Positions 19,358-29,403 of a DNA stretch of 64,000 nt are shown here, piece by piece. Made by a program: the position numbers and the translations under genes. Below the pieces are notes generated by a model. The model ran no database searches. It worked only from the letters and a program-made list of their open reading frames with translations, and was not told the DNA's origin. This DNA is from Terriglobia bacterium (lineage in GTDB: Bacteria > Acidobacteriota > Terriglobia > 2-12-FULL-54-10): assembly GCA_963666975.2 (NCBI GenBank), contig CAXVYR010000004.1:1504001-1568000 (forward strand), read 5' to 3'. Position 1 is the first letter of the stretch, and the number at the start of each line of letters is the position of its first letter.

Positions 19358-19640
19358 ATCTTTTACCCTCCCTGATGCCCCCTCTGAAAATTGTATGCCT
19401 ATACAAACGATTCGTGCCACCCACTGCCGGTGGCGGGCCGGTTGTTACAGGATGTCAGCAACTTTCGGCGATGGCGTCTCTGGTGAACGCATGCTTGACC
19501 TCGTATGCATCTGTTCGAGCCAGCGCTGATGATCACTCACCGCCGATCCAAGTGGGTGACAGTACGCATTTCGATACTACGCATTGCGGATTATCTAGAC
19601 CTGTTTCGCAGTTCGTGTATCCCCTATTGCGCTCTTGCCA

Positions 19641-20455
19641 GGGCGTGTTAACACTAATTGGGATTTTGTGGTATGCTTCGGTTCATGGAAATCACCGAGG
19701 CACAGTATCTTCGTATCGAGCCCAGCCTTCCGCGCCAACGAGGCCATGTCAGCCTTTCCAACCTGCAGGTGCTCAACGCGTTGTTGTACGTGACCGAGCA
19801 GGGGTGCAAGTGGCGCGGACTGCCGAAGCGTTTTGGCAACTGGCACACCATCTACACTCGTCTGAATCGCTGGTCCAAGGCCGGCGTGTTGGATCGCGTC
19901 TTGGAGCAGTTGCAGCGGGAGCAGATCGTGCGCATTAAGATCGAGGCCGTAAAACTGGACTCGACCACCGTCAAGGTGCATCCGGACGGCACCGGCGCAT
20001 CAAAAAAAACGGACCTCAGGCCATCGAAAAATCCCGTGGCGGATGGACCACCAAGATTCATATGGTTGCCACGGATGCTCGAACGGCCATAACCTTTGCT
20101 CTCTCGCCGGGCCAAGCCTCCGACGCAGTCCAAGGCCGCGAACTTCTGGGCGGCATCGGGCCGTTGCCCGCACCGTTGCATCTCATCATGGACCGCGCCT
20201 ACGAGGACAACAAGACTCTCCAACTGGCTCTGGATTTTGGCTTCATCCCGGTGGTTCCGCCCAGAAGCAATCGCCTGCAACCCTGGCAGTACGATAAAGC
20301 CATGTACCGCAAGCGCAATGAGATCGAGAGGCTTTTCCGCAGACTCAAAGGCTTCCGCCGCATCTTCTCGCGCTTCGATAAACTCGACGTCGTCTTTCTG
20401 GCTTTCCTCAACTTCGCTCTGATCGTCGAGGCCCTCCAATAGTGTTAACACGCCC
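19641..20455 (+). mobile_element. IS5-family element with a two-ORF frameshifted transposase
   Basis: Perfect inverted repeats GGGCGTGTTAACACTA / TAGTGTTAACACGCCC; orfA 19685..20092 and orfB ending 20442 overlap at an A8 run near 20002; DST, DRAY and RNEIERLF.RLK motifs. Confidence 0.92.
19685..20442 (+). CDS. IS5-family transposase (-1 frameshift at AAAAAAAAC)
   Basis: GCKWRGLP.RFGNWHTIY in orfA; DDE residues across orfA/orfB. Confidence 0.85.
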
Positions 20456-21438
20456 TAGTCGGGCAGGGCCGGCGCTACGCGGAGGTGTTCCAGGCGGCGG
20501 AAGTAACTTTGCGCCCGCTGAATGTCGCGTTGGATTTGGGATTTGAGTTCGGCTGCGGAGGCGAACCTGCGCTCCTCGCGCAAGCGGTGGAGGAAACTTA
20601 ATTCCAGCGATGACGGTGGCGGGCCCTCCCATGGCTCCAGCAGGTGAGTCTCCACCCCAAGTTCGCGTTCTCCGAAGGTGGGCCGGTATCCCACGTTGGT
20701 GACGGAGCGGAGCGCGGGCGCTTCCACCCCGGCCCCATCCGTTTCTGCAAGCCGTGCCCGCGTCACATAGACACCCACGGCAGGGAGTATCCCGTCGTAA
20801 GGGGCCAGGTTCAATGTGGGCACCGTCTGGTTGCGGCCGATGCCGAGGCCTGCCTGGACGGAGTTCCGGATGCTGAAGGCACGGCCCAGCAGGCGGTTCG
20901 TCATGCTCATCTGTCCATTCTGGAGCAGGCAGCGGATCTGGGAGCTGCTGACGGTCGCCGTCCGAAAACGGACATGGGGGAGAACTTCCGTCTGAAAGTT
21001 CCACCGGAGGCCCATCTGCTTCATCGTTTCCGGATTCCCCGCCTGGTGGTGGCCGAAGCGGAAATTCTCGCCGACCCATACCGACTCGCTTTGCAGGGCT
21101 TTCACCAAGACCTCTTCCACGAACCGTTCGGGCGACCAGCGGGAAAACTCTTCCGTGAATGGCAGCACCAGAAGACGGTCGATTCCGCTCTTCCCCAGCA
21201 ACTCCAGCTTTACAGGGAGAGGCGTGAGCAGACGGGGAGCTTTCTGCGGCGCCAGAACCTGGGCGGGATGAGGATCAAAGGTGATGGCAATGGAGGAGGC
21301 GTTGCGTTCTCTGGCGCGCTGGCGCACCCTGCGCAACAACTCTTGGTGCGCCAAGTGCAGGCCGTCAAAGTTGCCGACGGTCACGACAGCGCGGCGGTCC
21401 TTTTCCGCGCCTGCTTTCCAGGAATGAAAAATTTCCAT
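20455..21438 (-). CDS. ribF: Bifunctional riboflavin kinase/FAD synthetase
   Basis: GNFDGLHLAH, TFDPHP, GENFRFG, SSSQIR, PTLN, NVGYRPTF, ETH. Confidence 0.95.
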   Translation of the reverse strand: MEIFHSWKAGAEKDRRAVVTVGNFDGLHLAHQELLRRVRQRARERNASSIAITFDPHPAQVLAPQKAPRLLTPLPVKLELLGKSGIDRLLVLPFTEEFSRWSPERFVEEVLVKALQSESVWVGENFRFGHHQAGNPETMKQMGLRWNFQTEVLPHVRFRTATVSSSQIRCLLQNGQMSMTNRLLGRAFSIRNSVQAGLGIGRNQTVPTLNLAPYDGILPAVGVYVTRARLAETDGAGVEAPALRSVTNVGYRPTFGERELGVETHLLEPWEGPPPSSLELSFLHRLREERRFASAAELKSQIQRDIQRAQSYFRRLEHLRVAPALPD

Positions 21439-21443
21439 GGCCG

Positions 21444-22256
21444 TTATCGGGTCCTTTTCCGAACCGCTGACGAGCCCGGCACGGGGGCCGTTTCAAACTC
21501 CACCTGCATCTCGTCGTAGCACAGCCGCACATGGGGCGGAAGGCTGGCGTTGGTTTCTTCGTGGCCCAGGTCGTGCGCAATATGAGTGAAGAATGCCTGC
21601 CGCGGCTGGATTCCCTCCACCTGCCGCAAGGCCTGCTCCACCGTCAGGTGCGCGGGATGCGGCTCGTGCCGCAGCGCGTCCATAATCACGACGTCCAGCC
21701 CTCGCAGCAGATCCAGTGAGGATTCCGGGAGCTGGTTGAAGTCGGTCAGATAAGCCACCGGCCCGATGCGGAAGCCCAGCACTTCCAGGTGCCCGTGAAT
21801 CACCGGGATGGGAATGATCTCCAATCCAAACAAATTCAGCGGACCGGTGATTACGTGGTCCTCCAGAAGCGCCACCCCGCCGTAGGGGTAGTTGCCGTCG
21901 AAAATGTATTGGAAGACGCGGCGTATCCCGGCGATGGCCGGCCGGTTGCCGTAAATCGGGATGACCACACCCTGCTGCAGGGTAAAGGCGCGCGTGTCGT
22001 CCAGCCCCAGGATGTGGTCCGCATGCGCGTGCGTGTAGAGAACTGCGTCCAGCCGGTCGAGGTTGGCGCGGAGGGCCTGCGTGCGAAAGTCCGGCCCGGT
22101 GTCGATGATGACGGTGCGGTTGTTGTACCGCAGAAGAATGGAGGGCCGGGTGCGTTTATCGCGAGGATCCGAGGAAAGGCAAACAGGGCAGCGGCAACCG
22201 ATGGTGGGCACCCCGAGCGAGGTTCCCGATCCGAGCACTGTCAACTCCACGCGCAT
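21444..22256 (-). CDS. Metallo-beta-lactamase-fold hydrolase (PhnP-like)
   Basis: LGSGTS.GVP.IGC.C.VC, THAHADHILGLDD, YLTD, THIAH. Confidence 0.9.
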   Translation of the reverse strand: MRVELTVLGSGTSLGVPTIGCRCPVCLSSDPRDKRTRPSILLRYNNRTVIIDTGPDFRTQALRANLDRLDAVLYTHAHADHILGLDDTRAFTLQQGVVIPIYGNRPAIAGIRRVFQYIFDGNYPYGGVALLEDHVITGPLNLFGLEIIPIPVIHGHLEVLGFRIGPVAYLTDFNQLPESSLDLLRGLDVVIMDALRHEPHPAHLTVEQALRQVEGIQPRQAFFTHIAHDLGHEETNASLPPHVRLCYDEMQVEFETAPVPGSSAVRKRTR

Positions 22257-22257
22257 T

Positions 22258-22758
22258 TCACTTCCCCCCGCCTGCTTTGCGAGAGATCTCGACGAAGCAC
22301 ATGCGGAGTTCGTAGAGGCTGTTGGTCAGCAGCCCTTCTTCTTCCTGTGTCAAGTTGCCTTTTGTTTTTTTCTCCAAAACATGCAGCAGTTCGATTGTCT
22401 CTTGCGCCGCCGCTATATCCGCCTTGGGCTGTTCCTCTCCTGGATTTCCCATCATGCCCAACTGAAACATCGCCGTGGTGGCGAGCGAAAGAATCAAATG
22501 CTGGAAGTTGACCGGGCCGCGCTGCGCGGGAGCGGGCTCGGGACCGGATGGCTCCGGCTGCTTGCCGGAAGCCGGAGGTGGCGAAGAAGGAGGTGAAGGT
22601 GGTGGTGGAGTTGCTTTCTGTGGCGGGACTGGCCGTGGCGGGACTGGCTCGGTGTCGGCGCGAGGCTGTCCGTCGCTGGTGAACAGTCTCCGGTCGGTTA
22701 CCTTGAACTCAGATGCCTCCTCTTCGTTCTCATCTTCTTTTTTTCTCTTATCCGGCAT
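22258..22758 (-). CDS. DUF1844-like protein
   Basis: FKVTDRR; LEKKTKGNLT.EE..LL...LYELRM. Confidence 0.8.
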   Translation of the reverse strand: MPDKRKKEDENEEEASEFKVTDRRLFTSDGQPRADTEPVPPRPVPPQKATPPPPSPPSSPPPASGKQPEPSGPEPAPAQRGPVNFQHLILSLATTAMFQLGMMGNPGEEQPKADIAAAQETIELLHVLEKKTKGNLTQEEEGLLTNSLYELRMCFVEISRKAGGGK

Positions 22759-23024
22759 GGTCAATAGCGCACCTTTCGATTTTCCCGCCTAACGGATTCG
22801 CCCGGCATTTCCGCACAAATTCCCAGCACATATTCCCAGCACAACGGCTGCCCGTTTTTCAAACTGCAAAGTCTCAGTTTACATCCCCCCGGCGAGGACA
22901 GGCAAGCCAGAGGCGGCGCGCTCCAGGCGCAATGCACAAGCATGCATCTCCCCGGCTGGACGATCAGCCCGCACCCGGGCGGAACAGTTCCGGCAGGGAA
23001 TGAAAACTTGTGAAGCGGGGTCTG

Positions 23025-24164
23025 CTAGAGCAGCGTCCGGGAAATGGTCAGACGCTGGGACTCGTTGCCTTCTTCCAGGATTTGCAGCAGCTTGGCCTGG
23101 CGGATTCGCCGCTCCAGGGGAAACCGGTGGAGGTAGCCGGATTCGCCCAGCAACTGGGCGCAATCAATGGTGAGGCGCATCGCCGTATCCGTGGCAAAGC
23201 ACTTGGCCGCCGCTCCGAGCTTGGTCAACTCGCTGCTGCGCTGGTCAAAGGCCGCCGCGGCCCGCACCATCAGGCCGCGCACGGCCTCTACAGCGATGGA
23301 CATATCCGCCAGCTTGAGTTTGGCGCTTTCCGATTCGGCGATTCGTTTTCCGAACTGTTTATGCTCGCGGGCATGGAACACTGCCGTATCAAGCGTTGCC
23401 TGGCACAGGCCCGCGGCGAGGGCAGCCAGCAAAGGACGGCTGCAGTCGGTCATCCGGGTCCGGATGGTAAATCCGTCACCGGCCTGGCCGATCCGCTGGG
23501 ATTCCGGTATCCGGCACTCCTCCAGGGCCAGTCCGCTGGTGGAGAAGCCGTGAGATCCAATCTCTCCGTTGCGCTTGAGAACCGAGAGTCCGGCCGTGCC
23601 CTGCTCGACCAGAAAAACGCTGTTTCCCTGCGTGTGCGAGGAGAGTTCCTTCGCAAAAAGAATGATCCACCGGGATGCCTCCGCGTTGGTGACCAGTTGC
23701 TTGGCGCCGCTCAAGACATACTCACCCTCCTGTTTGCTGGCGCTGGTGCGAAAACCTCCCGGCTCGGGCTCTAACTCCATCGAGGCGAAGGTCGCCCACG
23801 AACGTCCCCAGACAACGTCGGGCAGAAACTTTTCTTTTTGTTCCTCACTTCCCTCGGAGATCAAAGGGACAGCCGCCAGCTGGTTGCTCACCAGAATCAT
23901 GGCCACATTGGCAGAGTAGCGGGCCAGTTCACTGATCAGCAAACAATTAGACACCATGCTGCCGCTGAGGCCGCCATACTCTACAGGAAACGGAAATCCA
24001 ATCACGCCGTTTTCCCGCAGAATATGAAGAATCGTCCAGGGAAAGCCCCACTCTTCGGAGTTCTGCTCCAGCAGTGGACGAATCTGCTCCCGCAACAAGC
24101 TTTCTACGGCGGGGACGAGCACATCGTGGTCATCCGTGGTAGCGAGAAGGGACTTGAGTGACAT
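23025..24164 (-). CDS. Divergent acyl-CoA dehydrogenase-family protein
   Basis: FPVEYGG, KEKFLP, QFGKRI, KLADM, AAKCFA, FPLER; several canonical motifs altered. Confidence 0.85.
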   Translation of the reverse strand: MSLKSLLATTDDHDVLVPAVESLLREQIRPLLEQNSEEWGFPWTILHILRENGVIGFPFPVEYGGLSGSMVSNCLLISELARYSANVAMILVSNQLAAVPLISEGSEEQKEKFLPDVVWGRSWATFASMELEPEPGGFRTSASKQEGEYVLSGAKQLVTNAEASRWIILFAKELSSHTQGNSVFLVEQGTAGLSVLKRNGEIGSHGFSTSGLALEECRIPESQRIGQAGDGFTIRTRMTDCSRPLLAALAAGLCQATLDTAVFHAREHKQFGKRIAESESAKLKLADMSIAVEAVRGLMVRAAAAFDQRSSELTKLGAAAKCFATDTAMRLTIDCAQLLGESGYLHRFPLERRIRQAKLLQILEEGNESQRLTISRTLL

Positions 24165-24488
24165 TTTCCACCTCTCCTCCGGGGATTATACGTCCCGCCA
24201 ATGACCTCTTGCAACGATACGGACGAAACGGCCGGCAGGAACCGGCTTGAGCGAAGCCGATACGAAGAGCTTTATTAGAGGAAGGGGTGTATCTTGAAGA
24301 GGGTGAGGCGAGGGGGGAGCTTCGTTCACGATCATCTGATAACACCGAAATTTCATCCCTGTTCCATTGAATTGGCCTCACCAGGAAAGTTATCCTTAGA
24401 ATCTCCTGGTCGGAGGAGTGCCAAAGATGGAACGGGGGGTGATCTGGCATTGTCCATCCCTTCCGAAGGCTTATTTTACTATAATATA

Positions 24489-25476
24489 GGGGCTGTCCTA
24501 GCTAAGGGTGATTCTGTCTCGATTTGATCCATGTCTTCAATTGGTTAAGCAGTGTCCGGTGGTTACCGCCATTGAAGCGCCATTCGCACTCCTTCAGGAA
24601 GAGGTGAAAACTCTGTTTGGGCACCCCGTTGAAGCGCCGAAGATGCCGCTTTGCCTGGTTCCAGAAGTTCTCGATCCCATTGATGTGGTTCCGTTCGTCG
24701 ACGAACCGTTCCGAGTGGTTGATCCGAACATGGTGGAAGTCCGACACATCCAGAGCATCGTAGCTCGAAAAGCCATCCGTGTAGACGATGCTGTCGGGCT
24801 GGATCAGGCGCTCCATGATCGGCATCAACGTGTCCGTACGGGCATTGGGGATCATCACCGTGTAGACCCTTCCTCCACGCTTCAAAAGCCCGAAAACCGG
24901 GACTTTCCCGCCAGCACCACGACCGCGTTTGCCCTTGCGGCGACCACCGAAGTAACTCTCGTCCACTTCGATTTCGCCGCAAACCGAAGAGGCTTCTGGG
25001 TCTCCTCGGCAATCACCGTGCGAATCCGTGTATAGAACGAAGCTCTCCCGCCAATATGGAGTGCCGTCGATCAACCTCTCCTACTTCGAGGTGGACCCTC
25101 CTCGTTGTGAAACTGATTCCGGAGGAGACCGCACGGCGCTATCCCGCTCAGCACGCATGACCGCGTTCCTGCCCTGACCATAGCCATCGTGCGACCCCAC
25201 CGAACGTAACTCTCGTCCAATCAAGTTCATGACCGGCTTCAACGTGGAGCCGGTGGTGGCTTTCTGGGTCTCCTCGGCAATCACCGTGCGAATCCGTGTA
25301 TAGAACGAAGCGGCCGTGTTCCGATGAACCCCGACAAGCTCAGCCGCCGCCCGTGCCGTCGTCCCGGCAACGAAGTGCTCCACCAACCGATCCCGCTTCG
25401 CCTTGCTCAGCCGACTACGCCGTTCGTACATATCGCCATCCTATCCCTAAGCAATCTGCTTAGCTAGGACAGCCCC
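24489..25476 (-). mobile_element. IS1595-family (IS1016-like) element with an interrupted transposase
   Basis: Perfect 18-bp IRs GGGGCTGTCCTAGCTAAG; transposase halves 25431->25258 and about 24993->24502 (EVDESYFGG, YTD, HINGIENFW); about 720 bp once the 268-bp insert is removed. Confidence 0.92.
24994..25311. repeat. 50-bp direct repeat (24994-25043 and 25262-25311) flanking a garbled pilB N-terminal fragment
   Basis: ttctgggtctcctcggcaatcaccgtgcgaatccgtgtatagaacgaagc occurs twice; the intervening + strand reads LSRQYGVPSINLSYFEVDP / VKLIPEETARRY / IKFMTGFNVEPVV in shifting frames. Confidence 0.85.
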
Positions 25477-25477
25477 T

Positions 25478-25723
25478 AAGGTATTTAAGGGAAAGGGCTG
25501 CGAGAAGTGCAATCAAAGCGGTTACAAAGGCCGCGTGGGACTCTACGAAGTCATGGAAGTAAACGACGACATCCGGGAGTTGGTCTTGGTGGGCGCTTCG
25601 GCACTTGAGTTGAAAAAGAAGGCTATTGAGTTGGGCATGATCACCCTTCGGCGCAGCGGGCTCACCAAGATCAGCGAAGGAGTTGCCACGCTGGAGGAAG
25701 TGATTCGCGAAACCGTGCTGTAA
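25478..25723 (+). pseudogene. pilB: 3' remnant of the type IV pilus ATPase pilB, truncated by the IS
   Basis: KGKGCEKCNQSGYKGRVGLYEVM...GVATLEEVIRET begins at the IS end; directly upstream of pilT-pilC. Confidence 0.88.
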
Positions 25724-25804
25724 GCTTCCCGGCAAGGGGATATCCGTTCAGGTTGATGATGTTATTTCAGGCCGGGGAATGCCTGGTCGGCAAGCGAGGA
25801 GAAG

Positions 25805-26914
25805 ATGGCGGTAACACTCAGTGAGTTGCTCAAGAAAATGCTGGATATGAACGGGTCTGATTTGCACATCACGACCAACAGCCCCCCGCAGATCCGCGTG
25901 GACGGCTCCTTGAATCCCCTGGATATGCCTCCGATGACCCCTCCAGAGACGAAACAGATGGCCTACAGCGTGCTAACCGACGCCCAGAAACACCGTTTCG
26001 AGGAAAACCTGGAGCTGGACTTTAGTTTTGGCATCAAGGGGATGGCGCGCTTCCGCGGCAACGTCTTCAACCAGCGGGGCGCCGTCGGAGCGGTCTTCAG
26101 AATGATCCCATACGAGATCCGTTCGTTTGCTAGCCTGGGACTGCCGCCCGTGGTGGCCAAACTCTGCGAAAAACCCCGGGGATTGGTTCTGGTAACCGGT
26201 CCCACCGGGAGCGGCAAGTCCACCACCCTGGCCGCCATGCTGGACAAGATCAATGCTGAACGCCACGACCACATGATTACCATCGAGGATCCGATCGAGT
26301 ACCTGCATTCGCACAAGAATTGCCTGGTCAACCAAAGAGAGGTTAACTCCGACACGCATTCTTTCTCCAATGCGCTGCGAGCCGCGCTGCGCCAGGACCC
26401 GGACGTGGTGCTCATCGGAGAGATGCGCGACCTGGAAACCATTGAGGCCGCTCTGCGGATTGCGGAAACGGGCCACCTGACCTTCGGCACGCTGCACACC
26501 AATTCCGCCTCCTCCACCATCAACCGAGTTGTGGACGTTTTCCCGGCGCACCAGCAGCCGCAGATCCGGGCGCAATTGTCGCTGGTGCTGGAAGGGATTC
26601 TCTGCCAGGCCTTGCTGGAAAAGGCTTCCGGGCCCGGCCGGGCCATGGCGCTGGAAGTTCTGGTGCCCACCCCCGCCATCCGCAACCTGATCCGGGAGGA
26701 CAAGATTCACCAGCTCTATTCCGCCATGCAGACCGGTCAGGACAAATATGGCATGCAGACGTTCAATCAAGCCCTGGCCACGCTCTACTTCCAAAAACAG
26801 ATCACCCTGCAGACGGCTTTGCTCCGTTCGAGTAATGCCGACGAGCTGCAGGACATGATCAACCGGGGAACAGGGACATTGCAGGGCGCCAGAGCGGGAA
26901 ATGTAAAGAGATGA
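25805..26914 (+). CDS. pilT: Type IV pilus retraction ATPase
   Basis: SDLH, GPTGSGKSTT, EDPIE, LRQDPD, AETGH, AIRNLIRE, GMQT. Confidence 0.96.
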   Translation: MAVTLSELLKKMLDMNGSDLHITTNSPPQIRVDGSLNPLDMPPMTPPETKQMAYSVLTDAQKHRFEENLELDFSFGIKGMARFRGNVFNQRGAVGAVFRMIPYEIRSFASLGLPPVVAKLCEKPRGLVLVTGPTGSGKSTTLAAMLDKINAERHDHMITIEDPIEYLHSHKNCLVNQREVNSDTHSFSNALRAALRQDPDVVLIGEMRDLETIEAALRIAETGHLTFGTLHTNSASSTINRVVDVFPAHQQPQIRAQLSLVLEGILCQALLEKASGPGRAMALEVLVPTPAIRNLIREDKIHQLYSAMQTGQDKYGMQTFNQALATLYFQKQITLQTALLRSSNADELQDMINRGTGTLQGARAGNVKR

Positions 26915-27021
26915 GTAAATCGTTACGGCATTTCGCAAACCGGAAAGCGCACTTCAGGCTGGCGGCTCGGAGACGTCCGCTTGCCCCGATTCGGTAAAGG
27001 AACTACTGCGGAGGAAAAACG

Positions 27022-28242
27022 ATGCCTGTTTTTGTTATTGATGGCCGCACTGCAAGGGGAGCCAAAATCTCGAGGGTGGAGCGAGTCGCCGACAGCAAGG
27101 CCGCTCTGAGCGCTCAACTGCGCCGTGAGCGAATTACCCCCACAAAAATCAAGGAAAAAGGGAAAGAGTTCGCCTTTCCCACCTCCATTGGCCGGCAGAA
27201 AGTCACGGCCAAGGAGATGGCCGTTTTCCTTCGCCAGTTCTCCGTCATGATTGATTCGGGGCTGCCGCTGGTGCAGTGTCTGGAGATTCTGGCCGGCAAT
27301 CAGGAAAACGCGACCTTCCAGAAGATCATCACCGATGTCCGTTCTCGTGTGGAGGGCGGCTCCACTCTGGCGAACGCCATGGGTGAGCATCCCAAAGACT
27401 TCGACCATCTGACGGTCAACATGGTGGAGGCCGGTGAAACAGGCGGTATTCTGGACGTCATTTTGCAAAGGCTGGCCCTGTATGTGGAAAAGGCCGTCAA
27501 GTTGAAGGCCGCTGTAAAATCGGCCCTGGTCTATCCCACAGCCGTAGTGAGCGTCGCGATCGTCATCATCACGCTCCTGCTATGGAAAGTGGTTCCCGTC
27601 TTTGTCAATATGTTCACCAGTCTGGGCGTGGACCTGCCGTTGCCCACCCGCATCGTCGTGGCCATAAGTAATTTCATCGGCAGTTGGTTCTTTCTTGGGG
27701 TAGTTATCATTCTAGGGGTGGCTTTTTTCGTGGTCATTCCAGGATTCTACCGGACGGAAAGAGGCCGCTTCGTGATTGACAGCATCATGCTGAAAGTGCC
27801 GGTGCTGGGCATGCTGTTGCGAAAGATCGCAGTGGCTCGCTTCACCCGCACTTTGGGGACGTTGATCACCAGCGGCGTTCCGCTCCTGGAGGCGATGAGC
27901 ATCACGGCCCGCACCAGCGGCAATGCGGTGATCGAGCGCGCCATCATGAAGGTCCGCAAGGCCGTGGAAGAGGGCCGCACCCTCGCCGATCCCCTGAAGG
28001 AAACCGAGGTCTTCCCGAACATGGTCACCCAGATGATTGCCGTCGGCGAGCAGACCGGCGCGATGGACACCATGTTGCAAAAGATCGCCGATTTCTACGA
28101 GGAAGAAGTGGATGTCGCCGTGAAAGATTTGCTGACCCTGCTGGAGCCGATCATCATCGTGTTCCTGGGCGGCACTATCGGCGGCGTGGTGATCTCCATG
28201 TACCTGCCTATGTTCGAGTTGATTGCCAATATGGCTGCATAA
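27022..28242 (+). CDS. pilC: Type IV pilus platform protein
   Basis: RQFSVMIDSGLPL, AGETGG, SALVYP, VGEQTG, YLPMF; follows pilT. Confidence 0.93.
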   Translation: MPVFVIDGRTARGAKISRVERVADSKAALSAQLRRERITPTKIKEKGKEFAFPTSIGRQKVTAKEMAVFLRQFSVMIDSGLPLVQCLEILAGNQENATFQKIITDVRSRVEGGSTLANAMGEHPKDFDHLTVNMVEAGETGGILDVILQRLALYVEKAVKLKAAVKSALVYPTAVVSVAIVIITLLLWKVVPVFVNMFTSLGVDLPLPTRIVVAISNFIGSWFFLGVVIILGVAFFVVIPGFYRTERGRFVIDSIMLKVPVLGMLLRKIAVARFTRTLGTLITSGVPLLEAMSITARTSGNAVIERAIMKVRKAVEEGRTLADPLKETEVFPNMVTQMIAVGEQTGAMDTMLQKIADFYEEEVDVAVKDLLTLLEPIIIVFLGGTIGGVVISMYLPMFELIANMAA

Positions 28243-28441
28243 ATCGATGGCCGGGTAGAAACCAGCTAAAGGGCTGGTCCAGAGGGCTGGTAAAAATAAA
28301 GGGAGGGTCTCCACGCTACCTGCGAGGAAAGCAGCGCGGGGGTCTCACCCCTGATTTATGCTGAGCTATCACCGGCTGCCTTCTTCCGCTTCTGACCCTT
28401 TCGAGTCTCACAGAGAGGCGTCCTCAAGTTGCTGATTTCCC

Positions 28442-28450
28442 TGCTATAAT
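28442..28450 (+). promoter_or_regulatory. Extended -10 element upstream of panBCD
   Basis: TGCTATAAT (TGnTATAAT) about 100 nt before panB. Confidence 0.4.
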
Positions 28451-28548
28451 ACAGTTGCAGCTTAACTTGTGCCCGTAATCTGTATAGAAGCATCCGGTGG
28501 TTTCTCTACCCGGCGGGCGGCGGTCTTTTTAGAAGGCGGAATGTTGCT

Positions 28549-29403
28549 GTGGCAAACGCAAAGCGTGTCACCTCCACTCAGGTGGTGAAAAAGAAGCAGA
28601 AGGCAGAAAAGATCGTCATGATCACTGCCTACGATTATCCGACCGCCTGCCTGGTGGACGAAGCCGGCGTCGACATGGTTTTGGTGGGAGACTCCCTGGG
28701 AATGGTGGTCTTGGGCTATGAAACGACCATCCCGGTGACCCTGGATGAGATGATTCACCACACCAAGGCTGTAGTGCGCGGAGTAAAGCGGGCTCTGGTC
28801 GCCGTGGACTTGCCGTTTCTCACCTATCAGACGGGCCCCGCCGACGCGCTGCGCAGCGCGGGACGCCTGATGCAGGAGGCTGGAGCCACGGCGGTGAAGT
28901 TGGAGGGCGGAGCGAACGTCTATCCCCAGGTCCGGGCGCTGGTGGGCGCGGGAATTCCCGTGGTCGGCCATCTGGGACTTACTCCCCAGTCGATTCACGT
29001 CTTTGGCGGCTACAAGCTCCAGGGGCGGGGCGAAGAAGCGGCCCAGAAGTTGCTAGCCGACGCCAGGGCGCTGGAAGAGGCCGGGGCCTTTTGTCTGGTG
29101 CTGGAATGTATTCCGGAGGAGCTGGCCGCGCGGGTCAGCGGCAGTATCTCCATCCCGACCATCGGAATCGGGGCGGGCGCGCGGTGCGACGGCCAAGTAT
29201 TGGTGCTGCATGACATGCTCGGCATCACCGGCAAGGTCAGGCCGCGCTTTGTAAAACAATATGCACGGCTGGAAGAGACCATCCGCGATGCCGTGGGACA
29301 ATACGCGCAGGAAGTCCGCCAGGGCGAATTCCCAGCTCCCGAGCATAGCTTTGCCCCGGAAGAAGTCACCAGCTCCCCAGTCCCATTCCTGAAAAAGAGA
29401 TGA
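28549..29403 (+). CDS. panB: 3-methyl-2-oxobutanoate hydroxymethyltransferase
   Basis: TAYD, LVGDSLG, VKLEGG, HLGLTPQ, IGIGAG..CDGQVLV. Confidence 0.97.
   Translation: MANAKRVTSTQVVKKKQKAEKIVMITAYDYPTACLVDEAGVDMVLVGDSLGMVVLGYETTIPVTLDEMIHHTKAVVRGVKRALVAVDLPFLTYQTGPADALRSAGRLMQEAGATAVKLEGGANVYPQVRALVGAGIPVVGHLGLTPQSIHVFGGYKLQGRGEEAAQKLLADARALEEAGAFCLVLECIPEELAARVSGSISIPTIGIGAGARCDGQVLVLHDMLGITGKVRPRFVKQYARLEETIRDAVGQYAQEVRQGEFPAPEHSFAPEEVTSSPVPFLKKR

Noticed and set aside
19400-19640. Possible decayed gene left of the IS5 element
   Set aside because: No recognisable motif and no family I can assign
22765-23024. Possible structured ncRNA upstream of the DUF1844-like gene
   Set aside because: GC-rich pairing potential only; no recognisable family signature
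24994-25311. CRISPR-like repeat-spacer unit
   Set aside because: Only two 50-bp copies, both transposase coding sequence, with a spacer over 200 nt and no cas genes
28480-28548. pan RNA motif upstream of panB
   Set aside because: Only weak hairpin potential; cannot be supported without a covariance model search
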